From the NCBI GenBank assembly GCA_017554105.1, contig JAFZIY010000029.1, positions 49,504 to 113,503 on the forward strand: a DNA stretch of 64,000 nt, in the 5' to 3' direction. This stretch comes from Prevotella sp. (GTDB lineage Bacteria > Bacteroidota > Bacteroidia > Bacteroidales > Bacteroidaceae). The translations under genes were made by a program, and so were the position numbers. Below, in pieces: positions 28,563 to 36,962 of this stretch. The notes under the pieces are model-generated. The model saw only the letters and a program-made list of their open reading frames with translations, ran no database searches and had not been told where the DNA came from. The number at the start of each line of letters is the position of its first letter. The stretch's first letter is position 1.

Positions 28563-29323
28563 CTTTCTCCTTCCACGTATTCTTCGAGCAGTAGGTGCTC
28601 ACCGTCCCATACCACGTACGTGAACTGCCATATCCAGTCGCCGATAATCATCATGCGCGTCTGGCGCGACAGCATAAGGTCGAGTTCGATATGGCGGTGG
28701 CCATAGATGAAATAGTCAATCTCGGAGTGCTCCTCCATATATTTCTTGGTGTACTGCACCAGATATTCCTTGTCCTCCCCCATATATGGAGGCTCCTTGC
28801 CGTCGGCTCTTTTCAGTCGTGAGCGCTTTGCCCATGACAGTCCGAACTTCATGGCCCAACTCTGTGGGATGAAGTGTGTGAAGAGCCACTGACATGTCTT
28901 GTTATGGAAGATGCCGCGGATGAACTGGAAACTGCGGTTGGGATCGCCCAGTCCGTCACCATGGGCAAGGTAGAACACCTTGTTATATAGTTCTATAGTC
29001 TCGGGCTTCTTGTGCAGGGTAACGCCACACTCCTTCTCCAGATAACCGTACATCCAGATGTCGTGGTTGCCTGTGAAGTAGTGAACCTCGATGCCCATGT
29101 CGGTCAGTTCCGACAACTTGCCGAGGAAACGCGTGTATCCCTTGGGTACGGTGTATTTCCACTCGTACCAGAAGTCGAACATGTCGCCCAGCAGATAGAT
29201 GGCCTTTGCCTTCCCCTTTATGTCATCGAGGAAGCGTATCAGTCGCCTCTCCTGCATCCTCCCGTGGTCAATGGCCCATGAACCGAGATGCGCATCACTT
29301 AATATATAGATGTTATTTCTCAT
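28553..29323 (-). CDS. lpxH: UDP-2,3-diacylglucosamine diphosphatase
   Basis: ATG at 29323 gives MRNNIYILSDAHLG. Motifs LLGDMFDFW, GNHDIW, HGDG, GHRH (calcineurin-like phosphoesterase). Confidence 0.88.
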   Translation of the reverse strand: MRNNIYILSDAHLGSWAIDHGRMQERRLIRFLDDIKGKAKAIYLLGDMFDFWYEWKYTVPKGYTRFLGKLSELTDMGIEVHYFTGNHDIWMYGYLEKECGVTLHKKPETIELYNKVFYLAHGDGLGDPNRSFQFIRGIFHNKTCQWLFTHFIPQSWAMKFGLSWAKRSRLKRADGKEPPYMGEDKEYLVQYTKKYMEEHSEIDYFIYGHRHIELDLMLSRQTRMMIIGDWIWQFTYVVWDGEHLLLEEYVEGESKM

Positions 29324-29356
29324 ATTTCTCCATTCTCCATTCTGCATTTTCCATTA

Positions 29357-29680
29357 TTATAGATCCAATCCCAGTTCCAGTCGTGCCTCTTCGCTGAGCA
29401 TGCTCTGGTCCCATGCAGGCTCGAAGACGAGGTTGACGTTGGCGGTTGTCACGCCTTCCACGCTCTCCAGTTTCGTGCGTACATCCTCAAGGATGAAGTC
29501 GGCAGCGGGACAGTTGGGTGCAGTGAACGTCATGTCAACATCGAGGACTCCCTCATCCTGCATGTCTATCTTGTAAATCATGCCGAGGTCGTAGATGTTA
29601 ACGGGTATCTCCGGGTCGTAAACGGTTTTCAGTACGTCAACAATTCGCTCTTCTATCTTTGTTTTTTCTTCCTGTGTCAT
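29357..29680 (-). CDS. DUF59/MIP18-family Fe-S cluster assembly protein (SufT-like)
   Basis: 107 aa. VYDPEIPVNIYDLGMIY, TFTAPNCPAADF. Confidence 0.85.
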   Translation of the reverse strand: MTQEEKTKIEERIVDVLKTVYDPEIPVNIYDLGMIYKIDMQDEGVLDVDMTFTAPNCPAADFILEDVRTKLESVEGVTTANVNLVFEPAWDQSMLSEEARLELGLDL

Positions 29681-29820
29681 TACTTATTTGTTTTCGGTAA
29701 TACGAAAAGTCTGTTGCAAAGATAGTGCAATTTGCCGTTATGAGCAAAATAAACGACACCTTTTTTCATACCATGGAATGTCCTCTTTCCATGCAGAAGA
29801 ATATCAGTGGGAAAACAATA

Positions 29821-29912
29821 GATGCCAAACTGCGGAACAATGTTAATAACTTTGTTCAACAATCTTATTAACTTTGTTCAACAAAGTTATTAACATTGTT
29901 AAGCCACTTGGT
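29821..29912. repeat. Dispersed ~90-bp element, copy B
   Basis: GGAACAATGTTAATAACTTTGTTCAACAATCTTATTAACTTTGTTCAACAAAGTTATTAACATTGTTAAGCCACTTG is colinear with copy A. Confidence 0.8.
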
Positions 29913-29932
29913 ACGTATTGAATGACAGGTGG

Positions 29933-30619
29933 TTACGAAACGAGTGATTTTAGGATAAAAAACAGCACGGGAAAGAGCAGTGCCGGCAGCATGTTTATGG
30001 TCTTGCAGTCCTTGATGTTGAGTATTGCGAGACCTGAGGAGATGAGCAGCAGTCCGCCCACTATGGACACCTCTGCCATCAGTGCCTCGGGAATGATGTC
30101 GCTGCTGTTGAGGAAGTAGGCTATGGCATAAATGGAGCCTTGCCAGCAGAAGAGCACCAGAGCGCCGAGCATAATGCCCCATCCGTAGGTGGCGGCGAAC
30201 ACTGCCGAACTCACGAGGTCGAGAGTGGCATTGGTGTAGAGGTAGGTGTTATTGCCGTAAACTGCGCTAAGCACAGGTCCTACGATGCTCAGTGTGCCGA
30301 TGCAGTAGAGCAGGCACGAGGTAGTCAGTCCCTCTGCGAGTCGCGAGGCGTTGTGGCGTGCTGCATAGCGTTCTATCTTTCCTGCGATGTCGAGTTTGAA
30401 GCCGATGACCGAACCCAGTGCCATGCTCACTATGAAGAGTACGGGATACTCGCTCTTTGGCAGGTTCTGTACCGCCATATTCGCGCCCAGTGCGAGCGTC
30501 ACTATACCCATAGCGTTGAACAGGGCTTTCTGTATGGTCTGGTCTATGCGCCGCCGCATGATGCTTCCTGCCGCGCTTCCTATTACGATGCAGATGGTAT
30601 TGACAATAGTTCCTAGCAT
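29933..30619 (-). CDS. DUF554-family membrane protein
   Basis: ATG at 30619 gives MLGTIVNTICIVIGS. Polytopic. The longer ORF to 30721 would overlap radC. Confidence 0.75.
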   Translation of the reverse strand: MLGTIVNTICIVIGSAAGSIMRRRIDQTIQKALFNAMGIVTLALGANMAVQNLPKSEYPVLFIVSMALGSVIGFKLDIAGKIERYAARHNASRLAEGLTTSCLLYCIGTLSIVGPVLSAVYGNNTYLYTNATLDLVSSAVFAATYGWGIMLGALVLFCWQGSIYAIAYFLNSSDIIPEALMAEVSIVGGLLLISSGLAILNIKDCKTINMLPALLFPVLFFILKSLVS

Positions 30620-30633
30620 TTCTGTGGTATGTC

Positions 30634-31341
30634 TTATAGTCTTCCTTGTTCGCGGTAACTGTAGTATGCCCCGTCGGTGACGATGATATGGTCGAGCAGG
30701 TACAGCCGCATCAGTTCGCACACCTTCTTTATGCGCTCCGTCAGCCGGTCGTCTTCCTTGCTCGGTCGTGTACTGTTGCTGGGGTGGTTGTGCACGAGAG
30801 CCACTATGGTGGCGTTGTTAAGTACCGCGTTCCTCACTATCACCCTCACGTCGACAGCCGTTTCGGTAAACCCTCCCTGTGAGATTCTCTCTGCCTTTAT
30901 CAGTTTGTAGTTCTGGTTTAGCATCATCAGCCATGCCTCTTCTTTGTCGAGGTCCTGCATCTTGGGATGCATATACTGATATATGGCGTCTGCCGAGCCG
31001 AGGTCTTTGCGTTTTGCTACCTCCTCGCTCTGCCTTCTCTTTCCCAGTTCGCATGCCGCGAGGATGGTTATTGCCTTTGCCTCACCGATTCCCTTGTATT
31101 CCATCAGTTCCTTGATGCTCATCTTCCCAAGTGAGTTAAGGCTGTTCTTGCAGTCGGTGAGAATCTTCTTCATCAGGTCCACAGCGCTCTCCTCGGTATT
31201 TCCCGAGCCAATGAGAATAGCCAGCAGTTCGGCATTCGACAATGCCTCTGCCCCAAGTCGCATAAGTTTCTCACGCGGCCTGTCTTCCTTAGACCACTGA
31301 TTTATATTCAGTTTAGAGTTTAGATGGTCTTTTACAGACAT
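30634..31341 (-). CDS. radC: RadC-family JAB-domain protein
   Basis: LSNAELLAILIGSG, HhH (KGIGEAKA), JAMM-like HNHPS...PSKEDDRLT. Confidence 0.9.
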   Translation of the reverse strand: MSVKDHLNSKLNINQWSKEDRPREKLMRLGAEALSNAELLAILIGSGNTEESAVDLMKKILTDCKNSLNSLGKMSIKELMEYKGIGEAKAITILAACELGKRRQSEEVAKRKDLGSADAIYQYMHPKMQDLDKEEAWLMMLNQNYKLIKAERISQGGFTETAVDVRVIVRNAVLNNATIVALVHNHPSNSTRPSKEDDRLTERIKKVCELMRLYLLDHIIVTDGAYYSYREQGRL

Positions 31342-31342
31342 T

Positions 31343-32740
31343 TTATTTTATGATAGTTTTCTTTCCGTTTTGTATTACAATGCCTTTGTAACCATTGCCG
31401 ACACGCTGGCCTGAAAGGTTATATGTCGCATTGTTTTCGTTTGCTGTCTTCTGACTTGTTACGCTCACTATGCCAGTGTTCACTATGTCCTGTCCGTCGC
31501 TGTTGTCATCACCTTCAACCCAAAGACAGGAGAAAGCATAGCGGTCTTTTATCTTTGCGATGCGTGTTGCCTTGCCTGTTGTGATGTCAACCTCATAGAG
31601 TGCGGTGTCGTACTTACCGTTCTCGCGCCAGTTGGTGTCGGGCAGCGATGTCCATGAGCCGCCACTGTAGCCTTTTCCGCTGTTCACATATCCGTTCCAG
31701 TACATCTTGTTGGGGTTGCTCTTTGCGAAACAAGCCGCCTGTCGGCGGTACTGCGACGCATAGCCAGTGGCTCCCACCAGAGGTTCTTGGCTGGTATAGA
31801 TGCCTCCTTCGCCGTCGTTCACCTCCACAGCCTGTGTCAGCATGTTGCCAGTCTCAAGGTCGAACTCAAAGAGTTGCGCACCTGTAAGGTTGCCGTTGAT
31901 GTCCACGATGTGGTCGTCATCGTCGCTGACGGTAACTCCTGCTGTGCCGCCGCTTGTCAGTGCGAAGGCACGTCCTTCGGAGTTGATGGCGAAAGTGACG
32001 AAGTTATAATAGTACAGACCCTTTGTTATGAGAGTCACTTCCATTGTCTCGGTGTTCAGGGTACCAATGGCATAGCCCGCATCCTGACCCGCACGTCCCT
32101 CATACTGGTCGTCCTCGTCAACGAAATAGTCTGGGTCGCTTGTGATATCTTCAGGCAGTTGGGCGTTGGTAACATAGAACAGACCGTAAATCCGGTTGTC
32201 AATGGGGTTGAATGCCATGCCCGCCGACTCCAGCACCTTGTCCTCGGGATAGTGTGGGAATGTATTCAGCAGCTGGCCTGTGGTAGCATCCCAGTTACGC
32301 ACGATGAACATGTCTTCGGGCACTGACGACTGGTAGTCGCGGCAGAACACTGTCCACAGTTTTCCGTTGGCATAGAGACTCCCCGAATTGCCATACATGT
32401 TAGAGAAGTTATTTACAAGCAGTGCCTTCTCCACATCGGTGAATGCACCTCCGCTGTAGTATTCGCTGACAGGTATGTTGGGATATTGCTCCGGCTCTAT
32501 CTTCGTGGTGTTCACCGTCATCTTATACATGCCGTTCTTCGATGCGAAGATAGCCTTGCCCACACCTGCGGGGTCCTGTGCTGCCGACAGCCAGCCGACA
32601 TAAGTCGATTTGTTCTCCAACTGGTCGCCGTCATCATAGCGGTTGTTGTTGACAACACCCATGATTGTGACCTGTGCGCATGCCGGTATGCTTAAAAATG
32701 CTGCAATTACTAAAGTAGTTAGTTTCATTAATCTTTTCAT
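31343..32740 (-). CDS. Secreted hypothetical protein with T9SS C-terminal sorting tail
   Basis: Signal peptide MKRLMKLTTLVIAAFLSIPACAQ. C-terminus: YNLSGQRVGNGYKGIVIQNGKKTIIK. No family recognised for the core. Confidence 0.65.
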   Translation of the reverse strand: MKRLMKLTTLVIAAFLSIPACAQVTIMGVVNNNRYDDGDQLENKSTYVGWLSAAQDPAGVGKAIFASKNGMYKMTVNTTKIEPEQYPNIPVSEYYSGGAFTDVEKALLVNNFSNMYGNSGSLYANGKLWTVFCRDYQSSVPEDMFIVRNWDATTGQLLNTFPHYPEDKVLESAGMAFNPIDNRIYGLFYVTNAQLPEDITSDPDYFVDEDDQYEGRAGQDAGYAIGTLNTETMEVTLITKGLYYYNFVTFAINSEGRAFALTSGGTAGVTVSDDDDHIVDINGNLTGAQLFEFDLETGNMLTQAVEVNDGEGGIYTSQEPLVGATGYASQYRRQAACFAKSNPNKMYWNGYVNSGKGYSGGSWTSLPDTNWRENGKYDTALYEVDITTGKATRIAKIKDRYAFSCLWVEGDDNSDGQDIVNTGIVSVTSQKTANENNATYNLSGQRVGNGYKGIVIQNGKKTIIK

Positions 32741-32770
32741 CTTTTGTTTTGTTTATGCTTTTTCAAATGC

Positions 32771-33838
32771 TTATTTGTAGAAAGTTTTCTCAAAGGCCTG
32801 GAACTCATCTTTCTTCATGACGCAGCGTTTCCACCATGACTCGATGAAGCCGAAGCCGTAGCCCATCAGTTGCGTGAAGGCAGCGGGAACGGAGAGCAGT
32901 CCCACCTTCAGGCTTTTGTTCTTAATAGTGGAGTCGATGAATATGATGAGGCTGTAGAGAATTATCGGAGCGAGAGCGGCAAGGCAAATCCAATACCATG
33001 TGTGCCAGTGGGCAGCATCGTAGTATATCATGGCCCTTGCCACAGCTGCGAGCAGGACGAGTATTATCACGCCTATGGTGAATACCGTCGGCAGCAGGTG
33101 CACCAGTTTCATCGTTCCGGGATGACGTTTCTCGAGGTTGATGCGTGCTATGCCGCTGTTATACACCTGACGGAAGAATTTCTTGAAGTCGGTGCGTCGC
33201 TTGTGCCACACCCATGCGTCGGGGAAGAGACGTGGACGATAGCCTGCCTCCACGATGCGGTACGAGAAATCGATGTCCTCTCCGAAGCGCATCTTTGAGA
33301 ATCCGCCGAGTTTCAGATAGACATCACGGCGCACACCCATGTTGAAAGAGCGGGGATAGAACTTGTCGAGAGCCCCCCCTCGCCCCCCCCGCAGGGGGGA
33401 AGAACCACCGCGAATACCGCCAGTGGTGAAGAACGATGTCATGGAGTAGGATATGGCTTTCTGCGTCGGAGTGAATGAGTCGTGTGCTGCATCGGGACCA
33501 CCGAAAGCCTCCGTGGGAGCACTTTCCAGTTCCTTCTTCACGGCATCGAGGTATCCCTCGGGCACCACTACGTCGCTGTCCAATATAATGAGGTATTCGC
33601 CTTTGGCACGTTCCGCACCATAGTTGCGCGATTGTCCCGGTCCGCTATTCGGCTTTTTGAAATAGTGCAGGTCCAGTCTCTCCTCATATTTCCTGCACAC
33701 CTCCTCGCAGGTGACGCTGCTTCCGTCCTCCACTACCAGCACTTCGAAGTCCTTCACGCTCTGTTTCGTGAGACTCTCCAGCAACTCATCCACTTCGTCG
33801 GGACGGTTGAAAACGGGGATAATGAATGAGAATAACAT
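32771..33838 (-). CDS. Family-2 glycosyltransferase with C-terminal TM segments
   Basis: FSFIIPVFNRPDE, VVEDGS, LDSD, RSFNMG. Contains a G/C-hairpin-encoded stretch SSPLRGGRGGAL. Confidence 0.85.
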   Translation of the reverse strand: MLFSFIIPVFNRPDEVDELLESLTKQSVKDFEVLVVEDGSSVTCEEVCRKYEERLDLHYFKKPNSGPGQSRNYGAERAKGEYLIILDSDVVVPEGYLDAVKKELESAPTEAFGGPDAAHDSFTPTQKAISYSMTSFFTTGGIRGGSSPLRGGRGGALDKFYPRSFNMGVRRDVYLKLGGFSKMRFGEDIDFSYRIVEAGYRPRLFPDAWVWHKRRTDFKKFFRQVYNSGIARINLEKRHPGTMKLVHLLPTVFTIGVIILVLLAAVARAMIYYDAAHWHTWYWICLAALAPIILYSLIIFIDSTIKNKSLKVGLLSVPAAFTQLMGYGFGFIESWWKRCVMKKDEFQAFEKTFYK

Positions 33839-33845
33839 ATAGAAC

Positions 33846-34030
33846 CCACCCTATGTCCCTCCCCAAGGGAGGGCTTTTTATTTGTTTTTCTTTCTGATTT
33901 AAACGTAGAAACGCAAAAGCACAACGTATCAAACTATTGCACTTCTGCGTTTCTCTTGATTTTAATTGATAAAAACCACCATGTGTTTCTGATTAAACTC
34001 CCCTCCCTCGGGGAGGGGTTGGGGGTGGGT
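33846..34030. repeat. MITE-like element: two inverted CCCACCC..CCCCTCCC-loop-GGGAGGGG units flanking an AT-rich core
   Basis: Left unit 33846-33875, right unit 33998-34030 in opposite orientation. The core has its own hairpin AGAAACGCAAAAG / CTTCTGCGTTTCT. The right unit probably serves as the efp terminator. Confidence 0.7.
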
Positions 34031-34031
34031 C

Positions 34032-34598
34032 TTACTCTTTCATGCGCTGCAGATAAGAACCGTCGCGGGTATCTACCTGCACGAGGTCGCCCTCATTGAT
34101 GAAGAGAGGCACGCGGATTTCCACGCCAGTCTCCAGTGTTGCGGGCTTTGTAGCGTTTGTAGCGGTGTCGCCCTTGATGCCTGGCTCAGAGTGAGTCACG
34201 CGGAGCACGGTCTTCACTGGCATTTCAGCGAAGAGCACTGTCTCGGTGTCAGCGTCAGAAACCACCTCTACGATGTCGCTCTCCTTCATGAAGTCAACAC
34301 CTGTCACAAGGTCCTTGGCGATAGGAGCCTGGTCGTAGGTCTCCTGGTTCATGAAGATATAGTCCTCGCCTTCCTTGTAAAGATACTGGTAAGGACGACG
34401 CTCGATGCGAACATCCTCGAGTTTCAAGCCAACCTGGAACGTGCGGTCGAGCACGCGGCCGTCGGTTACGTTCTTCAGTTTGGTGTTCATTACTGTGTTG
34501 CCTTTACCTGGCTTACGATGCTGGAACTCAATGCATACCCAGATGCCACCATCCATACGGATAGCAGTTCCCTTCTTAATGTCTTGTGAGTTGATCAT
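34032..34598 (-). CDS. efp: Elongation factor P
   Basis: 188 aa. Full-length match to the EF-P pattern (KPGKG loop, three OB-like domains). Confidence 0.97.
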   Translation of the reverse strand: MINSQDIKKGTAIRMDGGIWVCIEFQHRKPGKGNTVMNTKLKNVTDGRVLDRTFQVGLKLEDVRIERRPYQYLYKEGEDYIFMNQETYDQAPIAKDLVTGVDFMKESDIVEVVSDADTETVLFAEMPVKTVLRVTHSEPGIKGDTATNATKPATLETGVEIRVPLFINEGDLVQVDTRDGSYLQRMKE

Positions 34599-34633
34599 AA
34601 CTATTTAATAATGTTTTATTTCCTTTCGGGGTG

Positions 34634-34641
34634 CAAAGTTA
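34634..34641 (-). promoter_or_regulatory. -7 box (TAACTTTG) for efp
   Basis: Minus strand reads TAACTTTG, 36 nt upstream of the efp ATG. Confidence 0.55.
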
Positions 34642-34978
34642 CGAAAAAACGAGCGCAGAACAAAAGAATTTATTCTTTTTTATGCCGAGTGCCAGTAACT
34701 TCACTGGGTTTTAGACCGTAAAGTTACAAAAAAAAGTGTAAATGCGAAGCGTTTTTGAAAGATTAATACTCTCATTCTTGTTACTTTGCGATTTATTAAT
34801 TAAATTTGCTCGCGAAACACCTGTAAATGATAGATTTCTACTAAAATGAATGAGTATGAAGGAATTGTTGGTGGCTTCTAAATAACTGGACAGATTCTCA
34901 ATAAAAATAATAATTGGAATGGGATTCGGAAAATACATAATGCATGTTGAGTTAATTAAAGATTTAAAAAGAAATAAT

Positions 34979-36109
34979 ATGATAAGGAGAGTTGTATTTG
35001 TAATAGCTATAATTATTTTGTCAGTTGATTCAACGGCACAAAAGGTTATTCAGATGGAAAACGTCAATGGCGTTTATCGAATTGCTTGTAGTGTTAATGG
35101 GGCAAAAATGAAAATGATATTCGATACTGGTGCATCATCAGTTAGCTTGTCAGAGACAATGGCTAATTTCTTGTATGATAATGGCTATATTTCAGATGAA
35201 GATGTTCTTGGTACATCCAAGTCACGAACTGCAGATGGGACAATTCATGATAACGTTGTCATTAACTTAAAAGACATAGAAATATCTGGTTTACATATTA
35301 AAAATGTGAAAGCTGTTGTCATTAGTGGCCAAAATGCACCTCTCCTTTTAGGTCAAACTGCAATTCAGAAGTTAGGTTCTATTACTATTGAAGGAAATCG
35401 TTTGATAATAAATGATGCAGTAGGAAATCTTTCTGATGCTCAATTAGAAATATTGGGGAAAGAATTAGATTATTATCTGGAAAATGATAATTATAGAGCT
35501 GCACTTGATGTATTGGGAAAAATAGAAATGGGCAGAGGACTCAATTCTTATGGATTACGCAAAAAAGCATATTGCCTTACACAGCTTAATGACTATCAAG
35601 AATGTATAAACACATGTTTAAGATGGAATAGATATTCAGGAAATGATAAAACTCTAGATGATAAAGCCGCATGTTATACATGGCTTTGCGAGAATTATAT
35701 GGGACTAGAACAGTACTCTGAAGCCATAAAATGGGGAGAAAAAGCAGTTTTAGTTTCAAAGAATGATTTGAATAGAGTTCCATGGGATTATCTGAATCTC
35801 TGTCAGTGCTATATGTATTTAGAGAATTATTCATCTGCAATTAATTATGGAAAACAAGCGGTATCCTCTCGACTAAAAAAACTCAAAACTTCGTCAACCA
35901 ACGTGCTAAAGGGTCTCGTACATGATGATGATTTAAACTGGATGTATTATACTTTAGCTAATTGCTGCTACCTTTCTAAAGACAATTTCAGTGGAGCAGA
36001 ATATATGATTCATTCTGCTATGATGGGGAGAAAAGATGCAATCAAATATTGTCTTAATAATAATATAGACTATCAGGAAAAAGCAAAACAAATGGTGAAA
36101 AGATATTGA
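34979..36109 (+). CDS. Secreted or membrane-anchored retropepsin-like (clan AA) aspartyl protease fused to TPR-like repeats
   Basis: ATG at 34979 gives MIRRVVFVIAIIILSVDSTAQ. Active-site block VNGAKMKMIFDTGASSVSLS and the LLLGQTAIQKLG flap-like block. The C-terminal half has degenerate TPR-like helices. Confidence 0.7.
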   Translation: MIRRVVFVIAIIILSVDSTAQKVIQMENVNGVYRIACSVNGAKMKMIFDTGASSVSLSETMANFLYDNGYISDEDVLGTSKSRTADGTIHDNVVINLKDIEISGLHIKNVKAVVISGQNAPLLLGQTAIQKLGSITIEGNRLIINDAVGNLSDAQLEILGKELDYYLENDNYRAALDVLGKIEMGRGLNSYGLRKKAYCLTQLNDYQECINTCLRWNRYSGNDKTLDDKAACYTWLCENYMGLEQYSEAIKWGEKAVLVSKNDLNRVPWDYLNLCQCYMYLENYSSAINYGKQAVSSRLKKLKTSSTNVLKGLVHDDDLNWMYYTLANCCYLSKDNFSGAEYMIHSAMMGRKDAIKYCLNNNIDYQEKAKQMVKRY

Positions 36110-36177
36110 ATAATGACACTATTGTTTTGATCTTTTAAATATATCTGAAATCCAACTCTGAGAATCAAAGGTAATGT

Positions 36178-36942
36178 ATGAACGAAAGGACTCATTTATA
36201 TCATTGTTCAAAATATGATGCAATAATCAAGATATTGTCATCAGGCTATTTCAAACCATCATATTGTTTGGAAGAACTGAGCCTATTTACTAATGAAAAA
36301 ATAAAGATGGCCTATGCAGTTGTGTGCTTTGCGGATTTGTTAAATGAAGAAGTTATGATACACATGAAGTCTTTCCATTCTGATTCATATCTTAGGATGT
36401 CAAAAAAATGGGCAATTAAGAAAAGGCTCTCGCCTGTTATCTATTATCCAGATAGTTCATACTTGGGTACCATGCTTAAAATGATAGTAGAATATACCAT
36501 GAATAAATACGAGAATCCTAAGGAAGAAGATGTGAAACTTATTAATTCTGTAAATCTATTGCTTGGTTATCTTAAACAATATGAAGGAAGATATTGGAAT
36601 AAGAAGGAAAACAGCTTTTCATATCCTACCCAGTTCTATTTGGAAAGGGAATGGCGATATTTGCCATTACCCCAAAAAGGAGAGGCATATTATATAGATG
36701 AAGAAGGATTCTTTGATGAAGAACTCAAGCAGAGAAAACAGGATGAATTAGTGAAAAAAGGATACGTGTTGAGTTTTACATGGGAAGATATTGAAGAGAT
36801 AGGTATTCCTGTATCAGCCGACAACGCACTAATAGGTGTTGTTTCAAATATATGGAAACTATCGAAAGAACAAATCTCACAAAAGATTCATTTTCTTCCA
36901 ATAGATAGTGTTGGTGATAGTTCTCTGGAGAAAAATGCGTAA
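36178..36942 (+). CDS. AbiGi-like protein (abortive-infection antitoxin family)
   Basis: LYHCSKYDAIIKILSSGYFKPSYCLEE, AVVCFADL, KKWAIKKRLSPVIYY and LEREWRYLP match the motif order I recall for AbiGi-family proteins. No signal peptide. Confidence 0.6.
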   Translation: MNERTHLYHCSKYDAIIKILSSGYFKPSYCLEELSLFTNEKIKMAYAVVCFADLLNEEVMIHMKSFHSDSYLRMSKKWAIKKRLSPVIYYPDSSYLGTMLKMIVEYTMNKYENPKEEDVKLINSVNLLLGYLKQYEGRYWNKKENSFSYPTQFYLEREWRYLPLPQKGEAYYIDEEGFFDEELKQRKQDELVKKGYVLSFTWEDIEEIGIPVSADNALIGVVSNIWKLSKEQISQKIHFLPIDSVGDSSLEKNA

Positions 36943-36947
36943 CTTTG
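36940..36947 (+). promoter_or_regulatory. -7 box (TAACTTTG) overlapping the AbiGi-like stop codon
   Basis: TAACTTTG starts with the TAA stop and lies 16 nt before ATG 36963. Confidence 0.35.
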
Positions 36948-36962
36948 CAAGTGAAACAATAT

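Noticed and set aside
29868-30182. 104-aa minus-strand ORF and 65-158-aa plus-strand ORFs around 29922-30680
   Set aside because: They are out-of-frame or antisense overlaps of the DUF554 membrane-protein gene.
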